Numbered from the stretch's first letter, positions 53,545 through 63,143 are shown. The stretch: 64,000 nt of DNA from Candidatus Marinacidobacterium sp. (GCA_965220965.1 OZ244852.1:512001-576000), one strand, 5' to 3'. Made by a program: numbers and translations. Notes: a model not told the origin generated them from the letters alone.

Positions 53545-53760
53545 CTTCAGGTTCTTTCCGGTTGCGGTCCGCCGCGCCGGGGAGCGAAGAGGGAACCGGG
53601 TGCGAATCCCGGACGGCCCACGCCACTGTCATCGGAAGGCCCGACCCGGGCTGTCCTCCCCGCGAGGACGGCGCCCACTTCCGGCTCCGCCGGAGGGAAG
53701 GGGGGAAGGGTGGGGACGCGTCCCGCGTCCTGTTCCGTGAGTCAGGAGACCTGCCGGAAG
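53545..53760 (+). promoter_or_regulatory. Cobalamin (B12) riboswitch
   Basis: AGGGAACCGGGTGCGAATCCCGGACGGCCCACGCCACTGT core, CCACT...GGGAAG extension and B12-box GAGTCAGGAGACCTGCC; precedes a TonB receptor and pduO; downstream CTCTTC/GAAGGG hairpin covers the RBS. Confidence 0.92.
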
Positions 53761-53803
53761 TCCGGAACCACCAACACCTCTTCGCTGGGAAGGGAGCTGG
53801 TTC

Positions 53804-56212
53804 ATGAGACCAAAGCGCCACCGCGACCTCGGCGGTCCCCGGACCGTCGCGCTCTTCCTCATCCTGCTGGTGGCGGCGGCGCCGTCATCCGGCGACGACG
53901 CCGCCCCCGGGTTCACCGTGCTGGTGCGCGGCGCAACCGGTGAGGCCGTGGCGGGGGCGGTCGTGACCGCCGACGCCGCCGTCGGCGGCCAGCGGTTTTC
54001 GGCCCGGACCGAGGGGAGCGGGGAGGCCCGCCTCGTCGGCGTTCCGGACGGGTCCTACCTGGTGTCCGCCCGGAGCGCCGATCTCTCGGCGGCGCCGGTG
54101 GCCGTGGAGGTCGTGGGGGGTCGGGCCGCCCCTAACGAGCTCATTCTTCGCTTCGCGGCGGTTCGCGAGTCCGTGGTGGTCTCGGCGGCGCTCGCGGCTC
54201 GCCGGGAGACCGAGGCCGGAGCCTTCGTGGATGTCCTCCCGGCCGCCGCCCTCGAGGAGCGGGGAGAGTGGTCGCTGGTGGAGGCCCTGCGCGGAGTTCC
54301 GGGAACCCTGGTCCGGCAGGACGGAGGCCCGGGCCACGTCGCCCACTTCCAGATCCGCGGACTTCCGGCGTCCTCGACGGCGGTCGTCGTCGACGGGGCG
54401 CCGCTCCGCGATCCGGCGGCCATCCGGGGTGACGCGATTTCCCTCCTGCCTTCGCTCGGCCTTGTCGGCGTGGACCGCGTCGAGATCCGGCGGAGCGGCG
54501 GCTCCACGCTCTACGGGAGCGGCGGGATCGGCGGGGTGCTCCAGATCGTCACCCGCTCCGGTTCGGCGGCCGACGGGGCGCGGCTTCGCGGCGGGCTCGG
54601 GACGCAGGGGCATACCGAGGTCGCCGCCGACTGGGGAACCGGCCTGGGTTCCGGCGGCGCGCTCGGCGGGTTGTCGGTCGGGTTCGGGAGCGTTGACATC
54701 AGCGAGGGAGCGGATGGAGACGATCCGTTCCGGAACCGGACCGCGATCGGACGGATCGGACTGCGGCTCGCGCCGTGGCTGCGGCTCTCGGCGCGCGGTC
54801 TCTACTCGAGCGCCAGCGTGGGACTCAACGAGAGTCCCTCGCCGCTCCCGGGGATCCCCGCCGGAGTCGTGGAGGCCCGGGCGGCGGCCGACGCGGTGGT
54901 GGCGGCGTACGAGCGGGGAACGCCGCTGGACGGTCTCGACCGGGGCGCCGCGACCTTCCTGCCCTCGCCGAACGACCCGGATGCGGAGCAAAGGACCAGT
55001 TTCCGTTCGACGCTGTTCACCGTGGAAGGCCGCGCGGGGCCCGATGCCGCCTGGAGCGTGCGGCTCCACGACCTGCGGACCGTCCGGGAGAATGACGATG
55101 GCCCCGCTGGCCCGAGCCTCTGGGACCCCGACGCGGTCCGCACGATCCGGTACGCCGGGACGGTTCGGAGCGCCGCGCTGCGGGGTGAGCTGACTCGTGG
55201 GGATGTGCGGTGGATGGCCGGCGGCGAGGCGGAGCGGGAGACGGCGTCGACCGTGGATCCCGGCTTCGGGACCGATCTGGGCCAATCGGCGCTCTCGGCG
55301 TTCGTGCAGGGCGAGGCGATCCTGGGCGCGGCCTCGCTGCGGGGCGCGCTCCGCGCCCAGCGGTTCTCCACCCGGGAGGCCGACCTGACGCCCGCCGAGG
55401 GAAGCCCGTGGGCGAAAACGCCGCCCCCGGTGGACGCCGGAGCGATCACCGGAGACGTCTCGACGTCGCTCGCGCTGAGCGACGGCTTCCGGCTTCGGGG
55501 ATCGTGGGGGCGCGGCTTTCGCGCTCCGTCGCTCTACGAGAGGTTCGGAACCTCCTGGTCCAGCTTCGGATACGCGGTCTACGGCGATCCGACGCTGGCC
55601 CCCGAGTCCACCTGGACGCTCGATCTGGGGTTTTCGGCGGAGACCGGCGACCGGCGGGCCGCGCTGCGGGCGGCCTACTTCCGCTCCGGCAGGCCCCAGG
55701 TCATCGGGTTCGGATCGTTCGACGCCGCGACTGACCCCTTCGGGCGGTGGAGCGGCTACCAGAACACCGAAGCGGGAACCGCCCAGGGCGTCGAGTCAGC
55801 GCTGACGGTCGCGCTTCCCCGGCGGACGCGGGCCGGATTCCACTTCACCTGGACGGCCGCCGACCCGCCGGAGAACGCTCCGGGGGAGCTCGAGTCTGAG
55901 TGGCTCATCCCGCGGCTTCAGGGGGGCCTGGTCCTCTCCGGTACGCTGTTCGAGCGGCTCAACTGGAGCGCCGATCTGCACCTCACCTCCGCCCTGGACG
56001 CTCCGCTGTTCGATCCGGTGACCTTCGGGACCCGCGTCTTCCGGTTCGCCGGCATGCGCCGGCTCGATCTGGCGGCAGGCCTCGACCTCGGCGCCGGGCT
56101 CCGGATGCGCGGAATCGTCCGGGATGCGCTCGACGATCGCGCGTTCACCAGCGCCGGGTTCCGGGCGCCGGGGCGCGTCCTCCGGGCCGAACTCGAGTGG
56201 CGGCCCCGGTGA
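53804..56212 (+). CDS. TonB-dependent receptor, probable corrinoid transporter (BtuB-like)
   Basis: ESVVVSA TonB box, EALRGVPG, IRGL, RVEIRR...LYGSGGIGGV, GFRAPSLYE; under a B12 riboswitch. Confidence 0.85.
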   Translation: MRPKRHRDLGGPRTVALFLILLVAAAPSSGDDAAPGFTVLVRGATGEAVAGAVVTADAAVGGQRFSARTEGSGEARLVGVPDGSYLVSARSADLSAAPVAVEVVGGRAAPNELILRFAAVRESVVVSAALAARRETEAGAFVDVLPAAALEERGEWSLVEALRGVPGTLVRQDGGPGHVAHFQIRGLPASSTAVVVDGAPLRDPAAIRGDAISLLPSLGLVGVDRVEIRRSGGSTLYGSGGIGGVLQIVTRSGSAADGARLRGGLGTQGHTEVAADWGTGLGSGGALGGLSVGFGSVDISEGADGDDPFRNRTAIGRIGLRLAPWLRLSARGLYSSASVGLNESPSPLPGIPAGVVEARAAADAVVAAYERGTPLDGLDRGAATFLPSPNDPDAEQRTSFRSTLFTVEGRAGPDAAWSVRLHDLRTVRENDDGPAGPSLWDPDAVRTIRYAGTVRSAALRGELTRGDVRWMAGGEAERETASTVDPGFGTDLGQSALSAFVQGEAILGAASLRGALRAQRFSTREADLTPAEGSPWAKTPPPVDAGAITGDVSTSLALSDGFRLRGSWGRGFRAPSLYERFGTSWSSFGYAVYGDPTLAPESTWTLDLGFSAETGDRRAALRAAYFRSGRPQVIGFGSFDAATDPFGRWSGYQNTEAGTAQGVESALTVALPRRTRAGFHFTWTAADPPENAPGELESEWLIPRLQGGLVLSGTLFERLNWSADLHLTSALDAPLFDPVTFGTRVFRFAGMRRLDLAAGLDLGAGLRMRGIVRDALDDRAFTSAGFRAPGRVLRAELEWRPR

Positions 56213-56222
56213 GCGCGCTTCC

Positions 56223-56786
56223 GTGAGCATTTCCACCACCCGGGGCGACGGGGGAACGACCCAGTTCGGCGACCGCCGGGTCTCCAAGGCGTCTCCCGAG
56301 GCGGAGGCCCTGGGAGCGCTCGACGAACTCGGCGCCGCGCTCGGTTTCGCCCGCTCGCTGATCCGGAACCCCGCCATCCGCGAGCGGGTGGAGCGGCTTC
56401 AGCGGGCGCTCTTCACCGTCGCCGCCGAGGTCGGGGCGCCGGCGGGGGCCCGGGACCCGGCGGCGGCCGAGGCCCTGGCTGCGCTCCTCGAGGAGGTGAC
56501 CGCGGAAGTCCACGACCTCGAAGAGCGGGACGGCATGCTCCGGGACTGGGCGCTTCCCGGGAACCACGCGGGGGCCGCGGCGATCGACCTGGCGCGGACC
56601 GCCTGCCGGCGCGCGGAGCGGGCGCTCGTCGCCCTGGTCGACGCCAGCGGCGTGGACGCGCCGGTGGCGCTCGCTCTCCTGAACCGGATGTCCGACGTGA
56701 TCTGGCTCTACGGCCGGGTGATCGAGATCGAGTCGGGCGTTCCCGGGGCGCTCCGGCCGGAGCATTCGTCCGGCGGGGGCGCCTGA
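56223..56786 (+). CDS. PduO-type ATP:cob(I)alamin adenosyltransferase
   Basis: ISTTRGDGGTT, RVSK, GALDEL, ARTACRRAER and LNRMSD. Confidence 0.9.
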   Translation: MSISTTRGDGGTTQFGDRRVSKASPEAEALGALDELGAALGFARSLIRNPAIRERVERLQRALFTVAAEVGAPAGARDPAAAEALAALLEEVTAEVHDLEERDGMLRDWALPGNHAGAAAIDLARTACRRAERALVALVDASGVDAPVALALLNRMSDVIWLYGRVIEIESGVPGALRPEHSSGGGA

Positions 56787-56825
56787 GGGGGAACCGGCCC
56801 GGGAGCTGAGCCCGAGTTGCGGCGG

Positions 56826-57842
56826 CTACAGGCCGCGGGCTTCGAGGTGGCGGATCAGGTCCCGCACCCGGCACGAGAACCCCCACTCGTTGTCGTACCA
56901 GGCGAGGATCTTCACCGCGTCGCCGTCGACAACCTTGGTGAACGGCGCGTCCACGATCGAGGAGTGCGGGTTCCCCTGGAAGTCCACCGAAACGAGGGGT
57001 TCGGTGGAGACCGCGAGCACGCCCCGGAGCGGTCCCTCGGCGGCCTGGGTGAGCGCCGCGTTGACCTCCTCCGCGGTCGCCGGCCGCTCGAGCACCGCGG
57101 TCAGATCGGTGAGCGAGACGTTCGGGGTGGGCACCCGCACCGAGATGCCGTCGAGCCGCCCCTCGAGTTCGGGGAGAACCCGGGTGACGGCGCGCGCCGC
57201 GCCGGTGGAGGTCGGGATCATGTTGACCCCGGCGGCGCGGGCCCGGCGGAGGTCCTTGTGGGGCAGATCGAGCAGGCGCTGGTCGTTCGTGTAGGAGTGG
57301 ACGGTCGTCATGATGCCCTTGGCGAGTCCGAACTCCTGGTGGAGGACCTTGGCCACCGGGGCCAGGCAGTTCGTGGTGCACGAGGCGTTCGAGAGGATGT
57401 GGTGCGCGTCGGGGTCGTAGCGATCCTCGTTGACTCCCATCACGACCGTCAGGTCCTCCCCCTTCGCCGGAGCCGAGATGACCACCTTCCGGGCGCCGGC
57501 GGCGAGGTGCTTTGAAGCGTGCTCGCGGGCGGTGAAGATCCCGGTCGACTCGATCGCGACCCGGACGCCGAGCTCGCCCCAGGGCAGGGCGGCGGGATCC
57601 CGCTCGGAGAGCACGCGGACCCGCTTCTCGTCTCCGCCTCCGGTCTCGACCACGAGTTCGTCGTCCTCCACCCGGACATCTCCCGGCAGGGGGCCGGTGA
57701 CCGAGTCGTGCCGGAGGAGGTGGGCGAGGGTGCTGGCGTCCGCCAGGTCGTTGACCGCGACGACCTCGAAATCGGCGTCCTCGAGGGTGGCCCGAAAGAT
57801 GTTCCGGCCGATCCGGCCGAACCCGTTGATTCCGATGCGCAC
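56826..57842 (-). CDS. gap: Glyceraldehyde-3-phosphate dehydrogenase (type I)
   Basis: GINGFGRIGR, ASCTTNCLAP, RVPTPNVS and WYDNEWG. Confidence 0.97.
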   Translation of the reverse strand: MRIGINGFGRIGRNIFRATLEDADFEVVAVNDLADASTLAHLLRHDSVTGPLPGDVRVEDDELVVETGGGDEKRVRVLSERDPAALPWGELGVRVAIESTGIFTAREHASKHLAAGARKVVISAPAKGEDLTVVMGVNEDRYDPDAHHILSNASCTTNCLAPVAKVLHQEFGLAKGIMTTVHSYTNDQRLLDLPHKDLRRARAAGVNMIPTSTGAARAVTRVLPELEGRLDGISVRVPTPNVSLTDLTAVLERPATAEEVNAALTQAAEGPLRGVLAVSTEPLVSVDFQGNPHSSIVDAPFTKVVDGDAVKILAWYDNEWGFSCRVRDLIRHLEARGL

Positions 57843-57976
57843 GCCAGCTCCTTTCGCGGCGCCCGGAGCGCCGCCGTCAGGCGGGCATCGTAGGAGATCG
57901 CCGCTGACGGGTCAACGAATGACGCCGTCTTCTCAGATCTGAGTCAGCACACAACAGATAATCGCACTATGTTTAC

Positions 57977-58005
57977 TTGACATTCTGAACCGGCGCGTCT
58001 ACTCT
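57977..58005 (+). promoter_or_regulatory. Sigma70-type promoter for hsp20
   Basis: TTGACA-N17-TACTCT; AGGAGG RBS before ATG 58061. Confidence 0.75.
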
Positions 58006-58060
58006 TCCTGTGTCAGCCGGGACCACCGGCTGGACTGATCACCTACAGGAGGAAAAAGCC

Positions 58061-58537
58061 ATGACCCAGATGAATCTCTTCCCCACCTCGGTTCGGCGCC
58101 TCTTCGCCGACCCCTTCTTCGCTCCGCTGGAGCTGCCCTCGTTCGGTAACGGGACGGGGGACGGTCCGGTGGCGTGGACGCCGCCGGTGGATGTCCGCGA
58201 CTCCGACACCGAAGTCCGCATCGACATGGAACTGCCCGGCGTGTCCCGCGAAGACATCTCGGTGCGCTTCCACGACGGACGCCTGACGATCGAGGGGCGC
58301 CGCTCCCACGAGACGAACGGCAACGGCGAGGCCGAGAGCGATGTCAGCCTGGCGAGGCCCGCTTCGGGCTGGACCCGGCGCGAGCGCTTCCAGGGCGTCT
58401 ACCGCCGCACCTTCAGCGTGCCGGACACGGTGGATGTCTCGGCGATCAAGGCCGAGACCCGCGACGGCGTCCTCACCCTCACGCTGCCCAAGCTGGAGAA
58501 GGCCCACCCGCGTCAGATCGAGGTCCAGGTGCACTGA
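58061..58537 (+). CDS. Hsp20/alpha-crystallin small heat shock protein
   Basis: WTPPVDV, ELPGV, RRERFQG.YRRTF, DGVLTLTLPK and IEV tail. Confidence 0.93.
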   Translation: MTQMNLFPTSVRRLFADPFFAPLELPSFGNGTGDGPVAWTPPVDVRDSDTEVRIDMELPGVSREDISVRFHDGRLTIEGRRSHETNGNGEAESDVSLARPASGWTRRERFQGVYRRTFSVPDTVDVSAIKAETRDGVLTLTLPKLEKAHPRQIEVQVH

Positions 58538-58545
58538 CCTGGAGG

Positions 58546-58574
58546 CCGGCGCGCCAGGTTTGCTGGCGCGCCGG
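58546..58574. terminator. 12-bp hairpin between convergent hsp20 and pruA
   Basis: CCGGCGCGCCAG-GTTTG-CTGGCGCGCCGG. Confidence 0.55.
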
Positions 58575-58597
58575 TCCTGGCGGCCTGGTGGGGCCGT

Positions 58598-60232
58598 CTA
58601 TGCGGAGAGGAAGGGGTAGCGGTAGTCCTTCGCGGGGGCGAAGTTCTCCTTCACGGTGCGGATGCTGGTCCACCGCAGGAGATGGGAGCCCGCGCCGGTC
58701 TTGTCGTTCGTTCCGGAAGCGCGTCCGCCGCCGAACGGCTGCTGGCCGATGACGGCTCCGGTCGGCTTGTCGTTGATGTAGAAGTTGCCGGCGGCGTGCC
58801 GAAGCGCGCCGTAGGCTCTCTCCGCCGCCAGCCGGTCGTTCGCGAAGATCGCGCCGGTGAGTCCGTAAGGCGACGTTGTCCGGCAGAGCTCGAGCGTCTG
58901 CTCGAACTGGTTGTCCGGATAGAACCACACGGTCAGCACCGGGCCGAAGATCTCCTCCTGCATGAGCCGGTTCTGCGGATCCTCGGTGACGACCAGGGTG
59001 GGCTCCACGAACCAGCCCTTCGACCGGTCGTTCCCGCCGCCGACGACGACCTCGCAGGAGGGGTCCTCCTTCGCGAACGCCTGGTACCCGGTGACCTTGT
59101 CGAACGCGCGCTCGTCGATCACCGCCCCCATGAAGTTGGAGAAGTCCGAGGTGTCGCCCATCGTCAGCGTTCCGGCCTCGGCTCGGAAGCGCTCGAGGAA
59201 CTCACCCTTCAGGCTTTCGGGCAGGTAGGCCCGCGAAGCCGCCGAGCACTTCTGCCCCTGGTACTCGTAAGCCCCGCGGATCAGGCCGGCCACCAGCGCC
59301 TGCGGGTCCGCGGTCGAGTGCGCCACGACGAAGTTCTTGCCGCCGGTCTCCCCGACGATCCTAGGGTAGGACTGGTAGTTCGCGATGTTGTCGCCGACCG
59401 TCTTCCAGATGTGCTGGAAGGTGGCGGTGGAGCCGGTGAAGTGGACTCCCGCGAGATTCGGCTGCGCGAGCGCCGGGGCGCCCAGCGTGGGTCCGTGTCC
59501 GGGGAGCATGTTCACGATCCCGTCGGGGAGGCCGGCCTCCCGGTAGAGCTCCATCAGATACCAGGCGGAGAGCATCTGGGTCTCGGCCGGTTTCCAGATC
59601 ACCGTGTTCCCCATGATCGCGGGGGCGAGCGGCAGGTTGCCGCCGATCGCGGTGAAGTTGAACGGACTCACCGCGAAGATGAACCCCTCGAGGGCGCGGT
59701 ACTCGAAGTAGTTCCAGACCCCCGGCTCGGCGTCGGCGGCGGGCTGCTGCCGCACCAACTGATCCAGGAAATAGGCGTTGAACCGCAGCATGTCGGCGAA
59801 CTCGCACGCCGCGTCGATCTCGGCCTGGTGGCAGGTCTTCGACTGGCCCAGCATGGTGGCCGCGTTCATCCGCGCCCGGTGGGGCCCCACCAGCAGGTCG
59901 GCGATCCGCAGATAGAGGCTGGCGCGGGCCCGGTAGTCCATCTCCGACCACTCGTTCCAGGCGTCGGAGGCGGCGGCGACCGCCTGCTCCACGAGGTCCG
60001 GAGTGGCCTCGTGGTAGCGCGCCAGCACCCGTGCGTGGTCGTGGGGAGAACGCACCTCGGCGATCCGGCCGGTGCGGATCTCCTTCCCGCCGATGATGAC
60101 CGGGATCTCGACGCATTCGGACGCCTGGCGGGCCAGCTCGGCCTCGAGCGCTCCGCGCTCGGGGCTGCCGGGCGTGTAGTCGAGCACCCGTTCGTTCGCC
60201 GGTCGGGGGACGGCCTGGATTCCCTGGCTCAT
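58598..60232 (-). CDS. pruA: L-glutamate gamma-semialdehyde (P5C) dehydrogenase
   Basis: QAEIDAACE, SPFNF, FTGST, GETGGK, EYQGQKCSA, EEIFGP and SGTNDK. Confidence 0.93.
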   Translation of the reverse strand: MSQGIQAVPRPANERVLDYTPGSPERGALEAELARQASECVEIPVIIGGKEIRTGRIAEVRSPHDHARVLARYHEATPDLVEQAVAAASDAWNEWSEMDYRARASLYLRIADLLVGPHRARMNAATMLGQSKTCHQAEIDAACEFADMLRFNAYFLDQLVRQQPAADAEPGVWNYFEYRALEGFIFAVSPFNFTAIGGNLPLAPAIMGNTVIWKPAETQMLSAWYLMELYREAGLPDGIVNMLPGHGPTLGAPALAQPNLAGVHFTGSTATFQHIWKTVGDNIANYQSYPRIVGETGGKNFVVAHSTADPQALVAGLIRGAYEYQGQKCSAASRAYLPESLKGEFLERFRAEAGTLTMGDTSDFSNFMGAVIDERAFDKVTGYQAFAKEDPSCEVVVGGGNDRSKGWFVEPTLVVTEDPQNRLMQEEIFGPVLTVWFYPDNQFEQTLELCRTTSPYGLTGAIFANDRLAAERAYGALRHAAGNFYINDKPTGAVIGQQPFGGGRASGTNDKTGAGSHLLRWTSIRTVKENFAPAKDYRYPFLSA

Positions 60233-60260
60233 TAGACTTCTCCTCGAAGGTTCCGGGGCG

Positions 60261-61346
60261 GTGGAAGCGGAGAATCCTACCCGGATCGACGGTCGCGGAG
60301 CCGGCTCATCGAGCGCGCCGGTGGGGAACGCCGAAGCCCTCTTTCCGGGTCTGCCCGACCGGATCCAGGCGGCGGCGGAGCGGATCCGTCCGTTCGTTCT
60401 GGAGACCCCGTTCGAGGAGGCGCCCGCGTTCGTTCCGGACGGCGTGACGGCGGCCCGGCAGCGGATCCGGTGGAAGCTCGAGTGCTTCCAGGCGACCGGC
60501 TCCTTCAAGGCGCGCGGCGCGCTGAACCGGCTGCTGTGTCTGCGCGAGGAGAGCGGCCCCGGCGTTCTCGCCGACGGCGTCGTGACGGCTTCCTCCGGCA
60601 ACCACGGGCGGGCGACGGCCTACGGGCTGCTCCGCCTCGGCGGGCGCGGTCTGGTCTACCTGCCCCGGACCGTAGCCGCCTCGAAGCGCGCGGCCCTCGA
60701 GGACCGCTACGGCGAGGTCGTGGAGCTCCGACTCGTCGGAGAGGACGCGATCGAGGCCGAACTCGAGGCCCGCGCCGAGGCGGAGCGCAGCGGACGGCCG
60801 TTCGTCTCGCCTTACAACGACCTCGACATCATCGCCGGGCAGGGGACGGTCGGGCTCGAGATGGACCGCGAGCTTGCGGAAGAGCCGCTGGATGCGGTGC
60901 TGGTCCCCGTCGGCGGGGGCGGACTGATCGCCGGAATCGCCGCCTGGATGAAGCATGCGCGGCCCCGGGTCCGGGTGGTCGGTTGCCAGCCGCGGGCGTC
61001 AGCGGTCATGGCGGCCTCGGTCCGGGAGGGGCGCATCCTGGAATCGGGGAGCGAGGTGGCCTTCGACCCCACGCTCGCCGACGGGGTCGCGGGAGGCGTC
61101 GAGCCGGGGGCCATCACCCTCGATCTGTGCCGGCGCCTGGTGGATGACTGGGTCCTCGTCGGGGAAGACCGGATCGCCGGCGCGATGCGCTTCATTCACC
61201 GCGCCCGCTTCGCCGCGGTGGAGGGCTCCGCGGCGCTCCCGGTGGCGGCGCTCGGCGACCTCGATCCGACGCCGGAGTCGGCCGGCCTCGTGCTCTCCGG
61301 CGCCGGCGTCAGCGCCGCCGGGCTCCGGATCCTGGCCGGGGACTGA
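60261..61346 (+). CDS. PLP-dependent threonine/serine dehydratase family enzyme (no regulatory domain)
   Basis: KLECFQATGSFKARG, SSGNHG, GQGT and VGGGGL; start may be about 60321. Confidence 0.85.
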   Translation: MEAENPTRIDGRGAGSSSAPVGNAEALFPGLPDRIQAAAERIRPFVLETPFEEAPAFVPDGVTAARQRIRWKLECFQATGSFKARGALNRLLCLREESGPGVLADGVVTASSGNHGRATAYGLLRLGGRGLVYLPRTVAASKRAALEDRYGEVVELRLVGEDAIEAELEARAEAERSGRPFVSPYNDLDIIAGQGTVGLEMDRELAEEPLDAVLVPVGGGGLIAGIAAWMKHARPRVRVVGCQPRASAVMAASVREGRILESGSEVAFDPTLADGVAGGVEPGAITLDLCRRLVDDWVLVGEDRIAGAMRFIHRARFAAVEGSAALPVAALGDLDPTPESAGLVLSGAGVSAAGLRILAGD

Positions 61347-61374
61347 GCGAAGTCCGGCGCTCCCGGAGGCGCCC

Positions 61375-61890
61375 TTACTGCGAGTTCGCCGAGGGGGAAG
61401 CCTTCGGGGGCGGCGCGTGCGGGGTGTTCGTCGTGATCAGGAGCGTCGAGAGCAGCACGCCGATGATGCCCACCCACAGGAGCGGCCCGCCCCGCAGCGT
61501 TCCCCCGGAGCGCAGCACGGTCCAGAGCGCGGTCACGGTCACCGCGCCCCCGAAGACGACCGGCATCACCGCGTGCGGGATGCGCGCCCCCCCGGTGAAC
61601 ATGGCGAGCGTCAGGCCGAAGGCCCCGGCGGCGCCCAGCAGCCCGGCAGTGAACCCCCACGCCAGCGTGCTTCCCCCGAGCGGGGTGAACGAGAAGCTGT
61701 CCCCCCGCGCCCACATGCCGACGAGGCCGCCGAGGATGGCCACCACCAGGTAGGCGATCCCGATGCCCACATACGGCTTGAACGGGCTCGCTGCGGCGTC
61801 CGCCAGCCGGGCCTGCCCGAGCGTGGGGCCGTAGAGGCCCCAGGCGAGCGCCGTCACCAGCGCGAAGAGGAAGGGGAGCAGATTGCGCAA
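61375..61890 (-). CDS. Hypothetical 5-TM membrane protein (DMT/EamA-like half)
   Basis: Hydrophobic; AWGLYG, GAAGA and VMPVVFG. Confidence 0.6.
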   Translation of the reverse strand: MRNLLPFLFALVTALAWGLYGPTLGQARLADAAASPFKPYVGIGIAYLVVAILGGLVGMWARGDSFSFTPLGGSTLAWGFTAGLLGAAGAFGLTLAMFTGGARIPHAVMPVVFGGAVTVTALWTVLRSGGTLRGGPLLWVGIIGVLLSTLLITTNTPHAPPPKASPSANSQ

Positions 61891-61934
61891 GGTGCGGCCT
61901 CCGGGAGCGCCGATGATACGGGGAACGGCGGGAA

Positions 61935-63131
61935 ATGCGGGCCGGGGCGGCGCGCTTCCGCGAGGCCTGCTCTAGGCTTGCCGCGATGCGCGCGTCCCCG
62001 GAGCTGGCCGCCCTGGCGGAGGCCGGCGCCGTCCCGGGACCGCGCGGGTTCCTGCCGCCGTACGAGCCGCTGACCCGGCTTCCGGCGGAGTTCGCGGCGT
62101 GGGAGGACGTCGCGGCCGAGCTTCCCGCCCGACTCGTCACCGGCCGGATCCGCGACGACCTCCGGACGCTCCCGGCCCTCGATCCCGCGACGCTCGGCGA
62201 TGGACCCGAGGCGGAGCGGGCCATGCTCCTGCTGAGCCTGTTCGCCGGCGTCTTCGTCCACGCCACCGATCCCCCGGAGCTGCGCCTCCCGCCCGCCCTC
62301 GCGCGGCCGCTGGTGGCGCTTTCGCGTCGGCTGGGACGCCCCCCGGTTCTCTCGCACCAGAGCCTCGCGATGCACAACTGGCGACGGCTCGACCCCGAGG
62401 GACCGATCGTTCTGGAGAACCTCGCGAACCTCGCCGGGGCGCACGGAAGCACCGACGAGACCTGGTTCCTCACCGTCGCCGTCGCCATCGAGGCCGAGGG
62501 AGGCCGGATCCCGGCGCTCGCCGTCCGGGCCGCCGGCGCGGCGGCCGCCGGCGACGCGGAGGCCGTCACCGACGATCTGGGCAAACTCGAGGGGACGATC
62601 CGGCGCGTCACCCGGCTCACCGATCGCACCCGCGAGGCGTGCGACCCCCACGTCTTCTACCGGCGGGTCCGTCCCCAGTTCTCGGGGTGGTCTCCTCCCG
62701 GGGTGCTCTATGAGGGGACGGATGTCAGCGAGCCGCTCGTCCTCGCCGGGGGGAGCGCCGCCCAGAGCCCGCTGGTCCAGTTGTTCGACGCGCTGCTCTC
62801 GGTGGCGCATCCGCCCGCGGCGCGCCGCGTCCACCTCGACATGCGCCGCTACATGCGCCCCGCCCACCGCCGCTTCGTGGCGGCGGTGGAGAGCGATGGC
62901 TCCGTTCGCCGCCTCGCCGAATCGGCCGCGGCCCCTTCGCTGCGGCGGGCCTACGACGCTGCGGTGGAAGCGCTGGAAGAGCTGCGGACCGTTCACTTCG
63001 CGCTCGTCCGCGACTACATCTCGCGGCAGGCGGCGCCCGGAACCGCGGCCCGCGGGACCGGGGGAACCGACTACGGCTCGTTCCTGGGCGCGGCGCTCGA
63101 AGGAACGGAACGGGCGCGGTTCGGCGACTGA
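61935..63131 (+). CDS. Indoleamine 2,3-dioxygenase family heme enzyme
   Basis: RGFLP, NW, DETWF, DPHVFY..VRP, GGSAAQS, DMRRYM..AH, R..H..LV..YI and GTGGT; start may be 61986. Confidence 0.87.
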   Translation: MRAGAARFREACSRLAAMRASPELAALAEAGAVPGPRGFLPPYEPLTRLPAEFAAWEDVAAELPARLVTGRIRDDLRTLPALDPATLGDGPEAERAMLLLSLFAGVFVHATDPPELRLPPALARPLVALSRRLGRPPVLSHQSLAMHNWRRLDPEGPIVLENLANLAGAHGSTDETWFLTVAVAIEAEGGRIPALAVRAAGAAAAGDAEAVTDDLGKLEGTIRRVTRLTDRTREACDPHVFYRRVRPQFSGWSPPGVLYEGTDVSEPLVLAGGSAAQSPLVQLFDALLSVAHPPAARRVHLDMRRYMRPAHRRFVAAVESDGSVRRLAESAAAPSLRRAYDAAVEALEELRTVHFALVRDYISRQAAPGTAARGTGGTDYGSFLGAALEGTERARFGD

Positions 63132-63143
63132 CGCGCCGGGCGC

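Noticed and set aside
58010-58040. CIRCE element upstream of hsp20
   Set aside because: The inverted repeat does not match TTAGCACTC-N9-GAGTGCTAA
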